This document shows, one piece after another, positions 9,758 through 19,432 of a stretch of DNA of 64,000 nt. The notes under the pieces were generated by a model. That model ran no database searches. It saw only the letters and a list, made by a program, of their open reading frames with translations, and was not told the DNA's origin. The stretch's first letter is position 1. Every line of letters starts with the position of its first letter. The position numbers and the translations under genes were made by a program. The DNA lies in IMG/VR virus record IMGVR_UViG_3300035181_001974; one strand, written 5' to 3'. The stretch comes from a virus.

Positions 9758-10122
9758 CGAAAAAGTTGAGTGCTGCGGCCATGGTCCTCCTGGCCGCGAT
9801 TTTTGTGGGGTGTCCCAAGAGCCTCGGCGTAACCTCGCAGCCGCCAGTTGTGACCGACCAGGACCAGTGCGTGCCGGCGTGTGCCAAGCTCAAGGAGTTG
9901 CACTGTGCTGACGGCGAGCCGATCGACATGAAGAAATCGTGTGTCATCCAGGCTGAATGCGGCCCGGGCCAGACGTGTTCTGGGGGCACGTGCCACGCCT
10001 CATGCGAGCAGTTTTGTCGCGATACAGAGGACCAAGGTGTCTGGCTGGATCCCATCTGCGTTTCTCAGATCACCAGCTGCGACCAGGTTGACAGTTGTCC
10101 AACCCCACAACCGAAGAAATGA
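9754..10122 (+). CDS. Cys-rich secreted lipoprotein
   Basis: Signal peptide plus lipobox (AAIFVGC); more than 9 Cys in the mature part. Confidence 0.55.
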   Translation: MTKKLSAAAMVLLAAIFVGCPKSLGVTSQPPVVTDQDQCVPACAKLKELHCADGEPIDMKKSCVIQAECGPGQTCSGGTCHASCEQFCRDTEDQGVWLDPICVSQITSCDQVDSCPTPQPKK

Positions 10123-10994
10123 GCAAGTTTCTGCCATTGAAGGTCGGTCCTTGGCGAGCTGGCAACGTCCGCCTGTCCAAGACGTGGACGTTTGAGCAGT
10201 CACAGGATCACTGGTCGAGGCTACGCAAGGTGCTCGCCAAGTGGAATGCCACGCAAGAACCCTGGCGTCAGTCGTCGGGGGCCTATGACATGGCTGACAC
10301 TGAGCGCTTTATCTTCGTGGAGATGACTCCCGAAGAGCGTGGTCGGTTCATCACCGACCTCGACGCAGCAGGCTTTGACGTTCAGGACGATCAATCCGCA
10401 GAGTCACCCGATATGGGTCCCTACAGGACGCCGGCCCGAGAGTCTCACGAGCTGCTAAAGGTCTTCGTCAACGAAGTGTTGACGGGCTTCAAGTCGTTGA
10501 ACACTGCAGGCCGCGACGGCGTCGCCGGCAACTTGCGCTACGGGGACGCCACGTTGGCTCAGAAGAATCGTAACATCCTGGACGATGAGGCTGACGTGGA
10601 CGCCAAGGTCCAACAGGACGCCGCCGCACTGCCTCGTGCGGCTTGTGTGTTGGTGATGAATCGCGCTGGCAAGATCCTCGCAGTCTCCGGGAAGAATGAC
10701 CCAAGCGACTTTGGCCTGCCCGGTGGCAAGATCGACCCAGGCGAGGACGCAGCGACTGCAGCGGCCCGTGAGCTGGAAGAAGAGACGGGCCTTCACATCA
10801 CTGACTTGAATCAAGTCTTTGAAGACGTCGACGAGGGAGGTTACCACGTTATCACGTTTACCGGCCGCGTTGAGGGCCAAATCGACACCGAAGAATCGGG
10901 CGTTGTCCGCTGGGTCGACCCTAGCGTCCTGCTCGCGGGTTCGTTTGGCGGTTACAACAAGCGATTGCTGCGTGCTGTTGGTCGAATGAAGTAA
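10119..10994 (+). CDS. Nudix hydrolase with N-terminal domain of unknown function
   Basis: GLPGGKIDPGEDAATAAARELEEETGL is a canonical Nudix box. Confidence 0.7.
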   Translation: MSKFLPLKVGPWRAGNVRLSKTWTFEQSQDHWSRLRKVLAKWNATQEPWRQSSGAYDMADTERFIFVEMTPEERGRFITDLDAAGFDVQDDQSAESPDMGPYRTPARESHELLKVFVNEVLTGFKSLNTAGRDGVAGNLRYGDATLAQKNRNILDDEADVDAKVQQDAAALPRAACVLVMNRAGKILAVSGKNDPSDFGLPGGKIDPGEDAATAAARELEEETGLHITDLNQVFEDVDEGGYHVITFTGRVEGQIDTEESGVVRWVDPSVLLAGSFGGYNKRLLRAVGRMK

Positions 10995-11842
10995 CCACCG
11001 CATCTGGTGTAGGATGGCGGCATGTAAGACGAAAAGTGTTGGATGATGCAGTCGACTTCACGATAGAAGTCTACGACATCAATGGCGTGGTGTGCTCAAC
11101 GGTCAAGGACGGCCATATCATCATGATTCGTAAGAGCATGCTGCCGAAGTTGATCGAGGCCGCCAAGAACAAGAAGGATGTGGTCCTCTACAACAAGCGA
11201 CCAGTTAAGAACTGTTGAACATCTTCATCCTTAGCACCGATCCCAAGCTGGCTGTGCAGATGCAGTGCAACAAGCGTGTGATCAAGACGATCGTTGAAAG
11301 CGACCAGCTCTTGAGCGCGGCGCATTCACGCGTCCGAAGAATATGTGTTGTGATGCCTGCAAAACATTTCGGCGTTGCCCAACGCCGCCAATCGACCTGC
11401 TCAATGGGCCTGTGACCCGCGGACCCGTGAGCTGGTGACGATCGGCAATTGGTTGGATTCAGAGATGCGATCCTTGGGCCTCGACGACCTCGGCAGCATC
11501 ACTTAGAATGGACAGTTCAATCGACGTTCAAGGTCCGAGGAAGACATGTTGGGAATCGCGGTCGAGATCATGAATCAAGTCTTGGTCGACAAAATCGACA
11601 GGTTCCGCAGGCCGCACAGGAGGTGGGTGTAATGTTGGGCTGGATGCGCAGAAACCGCAAGGATCGGCAACGCCGCGAACGATTTCATCGTTGGTGGCTG
11701 ACGCTCAACAAAGACCAGAAGCGGGCGTACCGCAAGGCCGACGCAGAGTTTCAGCGCAAGTTCAATTCAGGCGTGATGGTCATTGCTATCATCTGCGCAT
11801 TCACGATGCTGGTCATTTGGTGGCTTTCATAAGAGAAATAAC

Positions 11843-12757
11843 ATGAGATACCGCAACGACAACATGCTGCTGCACATCGCTTTGGGCGATGCCTACGCTG
11901 CCGGGTTCGAGTACATCAAGTTCCATCCCGATGAGCCGGAGTTCAAGGAAATCCGCGCCTTCCAGGGCTACATGCAGCACCCGGGTCACCAAGGCCTGCG
12001 TCCTGGCATGTACACTGACGATACGCAGATGTCGATCGCGGTGGCTGAGACCCTGATCAACAAGGGAACGTCCGCTAGCTACAACGACTGGGTCGCCGCC
12101 TGGTTCGACACCTTCAAGCGTGATCCACGCGATGGGTATTCCCGTGGGTTCCAGGCGATCCTAGAGTCGGTGAAGTCAGCTGACGAGCTCCGCGCCACAT
12201 TGCGGCCCAATTCGACGAAGAATGGCGCGGCCATGCGTGCCGTGCCCTTGGGCGTCATCAAAGACGTTGACAAGTTGCTGACAGTCGCAGCGTTTCAGGC
12301 GACCACCACGCACGCCTCTTACGAGGGCGTGCAGTCGGCGATGGCAATCGCCCTGATGTCGCATTACGCGCTCTACGATCATCGCAAACTTTCTGCAATG
12401 CAGGGGTGGTTGGAACCCCGCTTACCCTTGTTCGAAAAATTCCGTGTGCCTTGGGAGGGCCCGGTTCAAGGCAATGTCAAGCACTCGCCGTACGACGTGG
12501 GCATCAACACGGCCTGGGCCGTCAACACCTTGTTGATTCACAAGCGCTCTCTCCGTGAGATCATGGACCAGGTCATCGAGTGGGGCGGCGACACGGACTC
12601 TGTCGCGGCCATCGCATGGGGAATCGCGGGCGCCCGTCACCAGGACGAAGTGCTGCCTGAGTTCTTGGTCCACGATCTCGAGGCGAAAGGCAACTTGAAG
12701 TATGGTGTGCCCTTCCTCCAGGACTTGGGCAAGCGCTTGATGGAGTTGAAGATCTGA
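11843..12757 (+). CDS. ADP-ribosylglycohydrolase (ARH/DraG family)
   Basis: HIALGDAYAAGFEY, TDDTQMSIA and GGDTDSVAAIAWGIAGA motifs; start at internal Met with upstream purine-rich site. Confidence 0.75.
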   Translation: MRYRNDNMLLHIALGDAYAAGFEYIKFHPDEPEFKEIRAFQGYMQHPGHQGLRPGMYTDDTQMSIAVAETLINKGTSASYNDWVAAWFDTFKRDPRDGYSRGFQAILESVKSADELRATLRPNSTKNGAAMRAVPLGVIKDVDKLLTVAAFQATTTHASYEGVQSAMAIALMSHYALYDHRKLSAMQGWLEPRLPLFEKFRVPWEGPVQGNVKHSPYDVGINTAWAVNTLLIHKRSLREIMDQVIEWGGDTDSVAAIAWGIAGARHQDEVLPEFLVHDLEAKGNLKYGVPFLQDLGKRLMELKI

Positions 12758-12758
12758 T

Positions 12759-13260
12759 GTGTACTTTGATTGTGATGTACCTGGTACATCACAAGTACCC
12801 TCTAGTCGTCGCGGCAAACCACGATGAGCGTTACGATCGTCCATCGGCCTTTTCGCCGTGGGCATAGTCCAATGATCGTGGCGTCCCGCGATGAGAGATC
12901 GGGCGACAAGTATCGTCTCAAGACGAACCACGCCATGGCGTTGGCCTCGCATATGGAGCCTGACGATTCCGAAGAGGTCATCGTGGTCAAGTTGCACTCC
13001 GTGCTTAGCAACCACGATAACTGTAAACACGACCCATATCAGGCCCTGTGCGTGCACGCCACTGGGATAATTGGGGACCAGATTGTCCGCAGTCGTCCTT
13101 TTCGAGAATGAATGCAATCTCACGTGGTTTCACGGTGAGGGTCATCCTTGTAAATCGCTAGGCCTGGATATGACAATAGACCTGCTGTCGCTTGACCTAA
13201 GCGACCTGACAGAAGCTTCCCTCGGCGACGAGGACATCGAAGTCATCGACTAGCAACACT
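12759..13260 (+). pseudogene. decayed TANGO2/NRDE-family gene remnant
   Basis: MCTLIV...PLVVAANHDERYDRPS is the NRDE N-terminal signature, interrupted by a stop after 36 codons; a second ASRDE-like segment lies in another frame. Confidence 0.3.
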
Positions 13261-13274
13261 ATCAGGAGAATCGG

Positions 13275-14660
13275 ATGCGTAAGAAGAGCCGTGTCCCGGC
13301 GAGTGATCCCAGCCTCGAGAAAGAAAGGACGCTCGTGGAGGAATTGAAGGCCGCGTTCAACATCAGCAAGGTCAAGAAGACGATCGCCTTGGGAACCGAG
13401 GTGTTCACCGCTGTCGCGCCCTTCCTCGAGAAGCCCAATTGGTGGAACGGCGTCAAGGCTGCCTTCGCCATCGGCAAGGTGTTTGTTGACGAGGTTGAGC
13501 TGTGGAGCGAGGACTACTTCGCAGGTGACGAGTGGAACCTGCCCTACTCGCGGGACTTCAACCAGACGATCATCAAGGTGATCACCGGGTATCCGTATGA
13601 GACAATTCGAACGTCAGACGAGAACAACATCATCCGCATCGTCGATGTCGAAGGCATCAAGTGTGGGTACATCATGAACACCAAGTTGTCGGCCATCGAC
13701 AACATCTACGTCGAGACCGCGCGGTTGCAGGACGCTCGCAACGTTATCAAGCGCCTGCTTTGGGAACAGTTCAAGGACGCTAACCTGGTGATGCGCCAGA
13801 ACAAGCGTCTGGTGCTGCATGACGATGAATCCCGAGTGTTGTTCGAATTGGACGATGCTTTCCACTCGATGCCCTCGAGGCGGGCCTCAAACTACGCGGC
13901 CTATCTGAAGCGCTGCATCGATGCCAACGTCTCGCGGTCTGTCATGTTGTACGGGCCGCCGGGAACCGGCAAGTCGACGATGGCGCGAACCATCGTCACC
14001 GAGCTGAAGATGCGCTCTTTCCGCATCCGCGTGGAAGATGTGGCGGGCCTGGAGAGCTCGACGTTGTTCGAGGCCATCAGCATCTTCGAACCAGACGCGA
14101 TCATCTTGGATGACTTCGATCGGGCTCACGCTCAGGCGCAGCTCCTGGAGACGCTGGAGTTCTTCCAACGTCACGTGAAGTTGGTCATCGCGACGGTCAA
14201 CGACCGCAACTCGCTGGACGAGGCGATTCTGCGCCCCGGTCGCTTCGATGAGCTGTTGTTGATCAACGAGATGGAGCCTGAGGTCATCGAGGCCGTGCTG
14301 GGTCCCGAACTGAAGGACGCCATGAAAAGTGTCAAGGATTGGCCCATCGCCTTCATCCAGGAGTACGTCAAGCGCCGACGTTTCATGAGCGCCGAAGAGG
14401 CCGAGGCCTCAACCAAGGAGTTGGCCGACCGCGTCAAGCGTCTCGAGAAGTACAAGGATGTCGATGAGGTCGAGCGGATGCATCGCCTGACCCGCAAGCA
14501 CCTCAAGATGACGAAGGTCGAAATTGAAGAGGATGACGAGGAAGACGGGCCTGACACCGACCCGCCCGATCCCAACTACAACCTCGACAAGGATGTCGAA
14601 ATCGTGAAGGTCTCGCACGATGAGGTCGAAGAGGTTGAGCGCTCTTTCGATCGAAAGTGA
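13275..14660 (+). CDS. AAA+ ATPase (classic AAA domain) with N-terminal domain and acidic C-terminal tail
   Basis: Walker A LYGPPGTGKST, Walker B IILDDFD, and SRH/Arg-finger LRPGRFDELL motifs. Confidence 0.7.
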   Translation: MRKKSRVPASDPSLEKERTLVEELKAAFNISKVKKTIALGTEVFTAVAPFLEKPNWWNGVKAAFAIGKVFVDEVELWSEDYFAGDEWNLPYSRDFNQTIIKVITGYPYETIRTSDENNIIRIVDVEGIKCGYIMNTKLSAIDNIYVETARLQDARNVIKRLLWEQFKDANLVMRQNKRLVLHDDESRVLFELDDAFHSMPSRRASNYAAYLKRCIDANVSRSVMLYGPPGTGKSTMARTIVTELKMRSFRIRVEDVAGLESSTLFEAISIFEPDAIILDDFDRAHAQAQLLETLEFFQRHVKLVIATVNDRNSLDEAILRPGRFDELLLINEMEPEVIEAVLGPELKDAMKSVKDWPIAFIQEYVKRRRFMSAEEAEASTKELADRVKRLEKYKDVDEVERMHRLTRKHLKMTKVEIEEDDEEDGPDTDPPDPNYNLDKDVEIVKVSHDEVEEVERSFDRK

Positions 14661-14903
14661 AGTTCGACAAGGTGCACGCTGATCACAATGGCAAGCCCCC
14701 GTTCAGGACAATGCAACATTTGAGGCGCCTTCATGGCATGCAGAAAAAGCTCATGCCGCCGAAGCGTTGTCTCGTAGACACGTACTTATGTACGATGGTC
14801 TCGAGAAGTCATGTTTGCCACACACCGCCGACGCCTAGGGTCAAGAACCCGCTCAACACAGGGTGAACAAGTAACTGTGTCTTGCAGTGTCGTCTGCGAA
14901 TCA

Positions 14904-14945
14904 ATCAGCCCGGTGCCGTCTTTCGGCACCGGGCTGATTTGCATT
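14904..14945 (+). terminator. 15-bp perfect stem-loop terminator (ATCAGCCCGGTGCCG / CGGCACCGGGCTGAT) followed by TTTGCATTT
   Basis: Perfect inverted repeat read from the sequence, downstream of the AAA+ gene. Confidence 0.6.
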
Positions 14946-15110
14946 TCAGGCCCTGCGTCGACACGGGCGCGTGATAAGCTACACCGTGAGGATCACGGAC
15001 AGGCGAATATTCGTGCACTCTGGACACGGGCACTCATAGAAGTCGACAATATCGCCATTGCGAATGTGGATAAACTGAGCGCGAGACAAAAAGGGAGGTG
15101 ACAAGTAATT

Positions 15111-15392
15111 ATGAATGCTAGCATGGCGACTCGTAATCCCGGTGGCACAAAGGTGGACGTTGAAGGCACGGAGTTTCACCTCCACAAGTCTCAGCAGTCA
15201 ATCTTTGCAGGGATCATGCACAAGGTGATTGACTACACCGAACACCGGCTGCTCCGCTATGCCGACAAAGTCAAGGACCCGCAACAGAAGGCAACCCTGA
15301 AGGAGTTGATCACCAACTACAAGAAGGGCCTCGTCGCCATCGCCTGGCGCAAGGGACAGCCTGTCTGGTTGCCCGTCACAAAGGACGGTTGA
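15111..15392 (+). CDS. hypothetical protein upstream of GroEL (not GroES-like)
   Basis: 93-aa ORF with no GroES mobile-loop motif. Confidence 0.4.
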   Translation: MNASMATRNPGGTKVDVEGTEFHLHKSQQSIFAGIMHKVIDYTEHRLLRYADKVKDPQQKATLKELITNYKKGLVAIAWRKGQPVWLPVTKDG

Positions 15393-15429
15393 TGTGTACA
15401 GAGCCCTACCCACGCGGTAGAATGGCTGT

Positions 15430-17037
15430 ATGTTTCAAGACGTCGACACTCCCGCAGTCACCAAGGTTGTTTTCAAGGACGAGGCCCGCCGTAAGCTTTA
15501 CAACGGTCTCGAGATCGCCGCGGAGGCCGTCAGCTGCACGCTGGGCCCGAAGGGCAAAACGGTACTGATCCAGCGCAAGGGCGAGGCGCCGGTTGTCACC
15601 AAGGATGGCGTCACGGTCTCCAAGTCTGTCAAGCTGAAGGACCCCATCGCGAGGATGGGCGCAGAGCTGATCCGGGAGGCCGCATCGCAGACCAACGAGG
15701 TCGCCGGTGACGGCACGACAACAGCAACGGTGTTGACCCACGCCATGGTCAGGGAAGGCCTGAAACTGCTGGAGGCTGGCTTCTCGGCGAAGGAACTATG
15801 TGAAGGCATCGAGCTGGCACGGGCCACTGTCGATGAGGAGCTGATCCGCGCTGCGAAGCAGCTAACGACGGCGGAAGAGATCGCCCAGGTTGGCACTATC
15901 TCCGCGAACGGTGACGAGAAAATCGGGCAACTGATCGCTCAGGCCATGAGCAAGGTCGGTAAGGACGGTATTATCACTGTTGAGGACGCCAAAGGCATGA
16001 CGACCAGCCTCGACGTCGTCGAAGGTATGCAGTTCGACCGCGGCTACCTATCGCCGTACTTCGTCACCAATCCCGACAGGATGTTGGCGACCTACGAGGG
16101 CGCCCGAGTCCTGGTCACTGACAAGAAGATCAGCGTGTTGAAGGACCTAGTGCCAATCCTAGAGAAGGTTCTCCAGACGCGGACGCCACTGCTGATCATC
16201 GCAGAAGACGTGGAAGGTGAGGCGCTGCACGGCCTGGTTCTCAACCGTGTCCAGGGCAACCTGCCGATTGTGGCCGTTAAGGCACCGGGCTATGGGCAGC
16301 ACCGCGACGAGCTACTGCAGGACATCGCCACCCTGACGGGCGCAAAGCTCGTCTCTGCATCGCAGGGATTGAAGCTCGAGACACTGACGTTGGCTGACCT
16401 CGGCACCATCAAGCGTGTCACGGTCGACGCCAAGTCCACGACGCTGGTCGGCACCGGTACCACGAAGCCCGAGGTCGACGCTCACGTGGCCAACCTGCGA
16501 TCGCAGGTGGAAGACGTCACCAAGACGCAGGATGAGGTCACCAAGCTGAAGATGCGAATCGCCAAGTTGGCGAGCGGCGTCGCCATCATCCGCGTCGGTG
16601 GCGCGACGGAAGTCGAGATGGTGGAACGCAAGTACCGCATTGAAGACGCTCTCAATGCCACGAAGGCTGCCGCAGAAGAGGGCATCGTTCCCGGCGGCGG
16701 CATGGCACTGGCGGCTGCGAGCCAGCAGATTCCAGTCTCCACGTTCGGCGCCGGTGCCAAGGTGGTGCAGGCTGCATGTGTTGCGCCCCTGCGGCGCATC
16801 GTCACCAACGCGGGCGTCTCTCCCGACGTGGTCATCAATGAGCTGCACAAGTTGCACCTCAATGACGTCACCCTGGGCTACAACGCAGCTAAGGAGACCT
16901 ACGAGGACCTAATCGCCGCTGGCGTCGTGGATCCCGTCAAGGTGACTCGCACCGCCCTGAAGAACGCCGTCTCCGTCGCGGTGACGTTCCTGTCGCTCGA
17001 TGCGGTTGTGGTCGAGGAAGAGGAGAAGAAGGAATGA
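15430..17037 (+). CDS. groL: chaperonin GroEL (Hsp60)
   Basis: AGDGTTTATVL ATP-binding signature, full 535-aa length, GGM-like C-terminus replaced by EEEEKKE. Confidence 0.9.
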   Translation: MFQDVDTPAVTKVVFKDEARRKLYNGLEIAAEAVSCTLGPKGKTVLIQRKGEAPVVTKDGVTVSKSVKLKDPIARMGAELIREAASQTNEVAGDGTTTATVLTHAMVREGLKLLEAGFSAKELCEGIELARATVDEELIRAAKQLTTAEEIAQVGTISANGDEKIGQLIAQAMSKVGKDGIITVEDAKGMTTSLDVVEGMQFDRGYLSPYFVTNPDRMLATYEGARVLVTDKKISVLKDLVPILEKVLQTRTPLLIIAEDVEGEALHGLVLNRVQGNLPIVAVKAPGYGQHRDELLQDIATLTGAKLVSASQGLKLETLTLADLGTIKRVTVDAKSTTLVGTGTTKPEVDAHVANLRSQVEDVTKTQDEVTKLKMRIAKLASGVAIIRVGGATEVEMVERKYRIEDALNATKAAAEEGIVPGGGMALAAASQQIPVSTFGAGAKVVQAACVAPLRRIVTNAGVSPDVVINELHKLHLNDVTLGYNAAKETYEDLIAAGVVDPVKVTRTALKNAVSVAVTFLSLDAVVVEEEEKKE

Positions 17038-17417
17038 AGGTGGAAGAGGCCAAGGAACAACTCGCGAAGAAGCTGGAAAACGTTGATTGGGAGACGGTCA
17101 GCGACAAGCAGAAGATCAACTTCACGTTGCAGATGATCGTCCTCGAGAAGGCAGCGATGGCCTGGGTGACCGCAGCTAGCGCCAGCAACAGCCGAGTTTC
17201 CATGCTGGTCTTCACCATGGTCTTGGCGCTGGTCCTAGCGCTATTCCACGTGGCCGCGGGTACTATCCTGGTCTGCACCGCGGGCCTGCAGTTGTTTATG
17301 TCAGCAATCACAGCGCTGGCGAGCTCGGGTTCCAAGCTGTTGCACGATCGGGCCGTCAAGGACACAATGGAGATGGTGACGACGTTCAAGCAACGCATGC
17401 CCGCAGACGATCATTGA
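17034..17417 (+). CDS. membrane protein (ATGA-coupled to GroEL)
   Basis: Hydrophobic core VFTMVLALVLALFHVAAGTILVCTAGLQLF. Confidence 0.45.
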   Translation: MKVEEAKEQLAKKLENVDWETVSDKQKINFTLQMIVLEKAAMAWVTAASASNSRVSMLVFTMVLALVLALFHVAAGTILVCTAGLQLFMSAITALASSGSKLLHDRAVKDTMEMVTTFKQRMPADDH

Positions 17418-17438
17418 ATCAAGACGATATTTATATTT

Positions 17439-17666
17439 GTGGGTAGCGGCCTGCAATCGGGCGAGCTAGTGGTGCGTAGGATACGCTGGGGCGTTGACGC
17501 TCAACAGTTCGGTCTGGTTATCGGTCAAATCAGGGAAGGCGAGTGGCTTGTGATGTGGCACGAGGATGATCGCGTCGGTTTCAAGGTCCACCTTGCCGAT
17601 GCGCTCCTCGTCGTCAATGATCACAACGCTAAGCAGGTGGAGGGTCGATGGCACCTCGCCACCTGA
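17439..17666 (+). CDS. small PGD-x-V family protein
   Basis: SGELVV...FGLVIGQIREGEWLVMWHE. Confidence 0.4.
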   Translation: MGSGLQSGELVVRRIRWGVDAQQFGLVIGQIREGEWLVMWHEDDRVGFKVHLADALLVVNDHNAKQVEGRWHLAT

Positions 17667-17878
17667 TCGGCGAATTGGTCATCTGTGATCCGTTCGCGGG
17701 GCGCCCCAAGTTCGGTCTGGTCATCTGCGCCACCAAGGCGAACCGAGACCCACTGGCAGCGGGATCAGCACGGTCTGACCGCTACCCGTGGGTTTACTAC
17801 GTCTTGACGTGCAGCGGCATTAGTGGACCACTTTTTTCATCCGAGCTCAGTCATGTCTCAGACGCTCCTGCCTGGTGA
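17648..17878 (+). CDS. small PGD-x-V family protein
   Basis: LIGELVICDP...FGLVICATK. Confidence 0.35.
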   Translation: MAPRHLIGELVICDPFAGRPKFGLVICATKANRDPLAAGSARSDRYPWVYYVLTCSGISGPLFSSELSHVSDAPAW

Positions 17879-18068
17879 TTTGGTCGCGACCAAAGGCCAA
17901 GTCTTGATCGAACAGCTGGGAGGCTACTGCGAGATGTGGCACGAGGGGATCGGCCTGCTCATCGCTCACCACTATCGCTGCAATGAACTCGGCGAACAAC
18001 TATCATTGGTCCTGTTAGAAGGGTCACTCTGGTGGATCGCTGCCTTGGATTTGGAGTCCATAGAGTGA
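17823..18068 (+). CDS. small PGD-x-V family protein
   Basis: LLPGDLVATKGQVLIE...EMWHEGIGLLIAHH. Confidence 0.4.
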   Translation: MDHFFHPSSVMSQTLLPGDLVATKGQVLIEQLGGYCEMWHEGIGLLIAHHYRCNELGEQLSLVLLEGSLWWIAALDLESIE

Positions 18069-18088
18069 CTCAGGATTATTCGAGACAA

Positions 18089-18358
18089 TCACCTGGTGGA
18101 GTCATTGGCCCTGGTCAGTTGGTTCAAGTGAACCCGCAGCAGCTTGTTGACCCTTGAGAACATCACGGTGACTGTGTTATCGTGAGTGTTAGACGCAGAA
18201 ACGTCGCTCCCGACCGAGACGACCAGGCCAGCGTCGCCGGGGTGCAGTTCATACCAGTTGATGAGGCCCAGCTCGGTCGGCGCCGCTGAGGGCGCCAAGT
18301 ACGAGGACCAGAACGTGAATGTGACGAGGTCACCTGGACGAATTGGAGGGGTGGACAC
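18089..18358 (-). CDS. small PGD-x-V family protein
   Basis: IRPGDLVTFTF...HPGDAGLVVSV (two motif copies). Confidence 0.4.
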   Translation of the reverse strand: MSTPPIRPGDLVTFTFWSSYLAPSAAPTELGLINWYELHPGDAGLVVSVGSDVSASNTHDNTVTVMFSRVNKLLRVHLNQLTRANDSTR

Positions 18359-18375
18359 ACTTTAAGTAGCCAACT

Positions 18376-18645
18376 TCATTCAGCATTTTGAACAACCGTC
18401 CAATTGAGCCGCACGTGTTCCAGCCGACAGGAAAACATCGACATGGTCCCCCTGGCGATCAATCTGAGCCGCACGTTGGCACCTACCATCCACGATTGGA
18501 CGACCAGACAGACATCACCTGGATCGACCTGGATCCCAACGGGACGACGCTCGCTGTCAGAGAACCACGCCGCCATCGTTTTGCGAGCGATGACCATGTC
18601 ACCCGGGCGCGGGATCAGCTGCCTCATGAGGTCAAGGTTTTCCAC
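18376..18645 (-). CDS. small PGD-x-V family protein
   Basis: IPRPGDMVIARK...DPGDVCLVVQSWMV. Confidence 0.4.
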   Translation of the reverse strand: MENLDLMRQLIPRPGDMVIARKTMAAWFSDSERRPVGIQVDPGDVCLVVQSWMVGANVRLRLIARGTMSMFSCRLEHVRLNWTVVQNAE

Positions 18646-18836
18646 GTTCTATCGAATGTGTTGGCTTCGACGCTGTTTCGCAGCAGGCCCGAGGGTCCAA
18701 TCGTGGTGAAGTTGAGCTGAATCCAGCCGATGGGCAGCGTTTGCACCTCGCAAGTGATCACCATCACCACCTCGCCGGAAGGCCTCGCCAATAATGTGCC
18801 CGGGGTCAGGCGCTGCAGCCACTCGTCAGGCATCAC
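18624..18836 (-). CDS. small PGD-x-V family protein
   Basis: LTPGTLLARPSGEVVMVITCEV. Confidence 0.35.
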   Translation of the reverse strand: MMPDEWLQRLTPGTLLARPSGEVVMVITCEVQTLPIGWIQLNFTTIGPSGLLRNSVEANTFDRTWKTLTS

Positions 18837-19432
18837 AATAGCTTGAAGGACTTGATCACATCACCACAGGCCTCGGCGACCTTCTTGTACTCGTGAGCCT
18901 CGCCGCCGCACGCCAGCATGATTCCGCGGGCTCCCTTGCCGACCGCCAGCTGAGCGATGGCAACGTTGCCATCGGCAAGGACGACAGTCAATGTGCCCGG
19001 GTAGGCGCCTAGTTTGATTTCCTTCATTCCCAACGGTATGATATCTTCCTGTGACAGCAGGGCGCCCATGGCAGTCAACCCGTACTTCTCGGGTGGCAGG
19101 TCCTTGTCGAGGTCAGCGACGGTAACGGTGACGATGATGGGCCCGCGGCCGACCGGCTCCTTCTGCTTCGTCATTGCCAACAGTTCACGGTTGCCTTCAG
19201 CCACCTTGACGGAACGCGCCGGAACAGACTTAATGATATAGGAATCTGGCAACGTCAACGACCATCCCGTTCCCTTGATCTCATGTGACGTCTGCAGTTC
19301 CTCGTGGCAGCCCCCTGACGGGCACGAGCCACCCGGGACGGGTTCCTTGACGACATGAGCGCAGCCGGTGATCATCAGCGCGGCGAACAAACCAACGAAG
19401 AACTTCTTGAACACGGTCGACCTCTGTGCCAT
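18833..19432 (-). CDS. lipoprotein
   Basis: Signal peptide with lipobox LMITGC; 199 aa. Confidence 0.55.
   Translation of the reverse strand: MAQRSTVFKKFFVGLFAALMITGCAHVVKEPVPGGSCPSGGCHEELQTSHEIKGTGWSLTLPDSYIIKSVPARSVKVAEGNRELLAMTKQKEPVGRGPIIVTVTVADLDKDLPPEKYGLTAMGALLSQEDIIPLGMKEIKLGAYPGTLTVVLADGNVAIAQLAVGKGARGIMLACGGEAHEYKKVAEACGDVIKSFKLL

Noticed and set aside
9754-10122. Spanin pair (9428..9757 plus the 9754..10122 lipoprotein)
   Set aside because: The upstream ORF has no N-terminal transmembrane segment expected of an i-spanin. The lipoprotein is kept as a generic Cys-rich lipoprotein.
12422-13123. 233-aa - strand ORF overlapping the ARH gene's 3' end and the NRDE remnant
   Set aside because: No motif content, overlaps a confidently called gene, and has the composition typical of GC-rich antisense frames.
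15111-15392. Possible GroES upstream of GroEL
   Set aside because: The sequence lacks the GroES mobile loop and beta-barrel glycine pattern; kept only as a hypothetical protein.
15498-16871. - strand ORFs inside GroEL
   Set aside because: Antisense shadows of groL.
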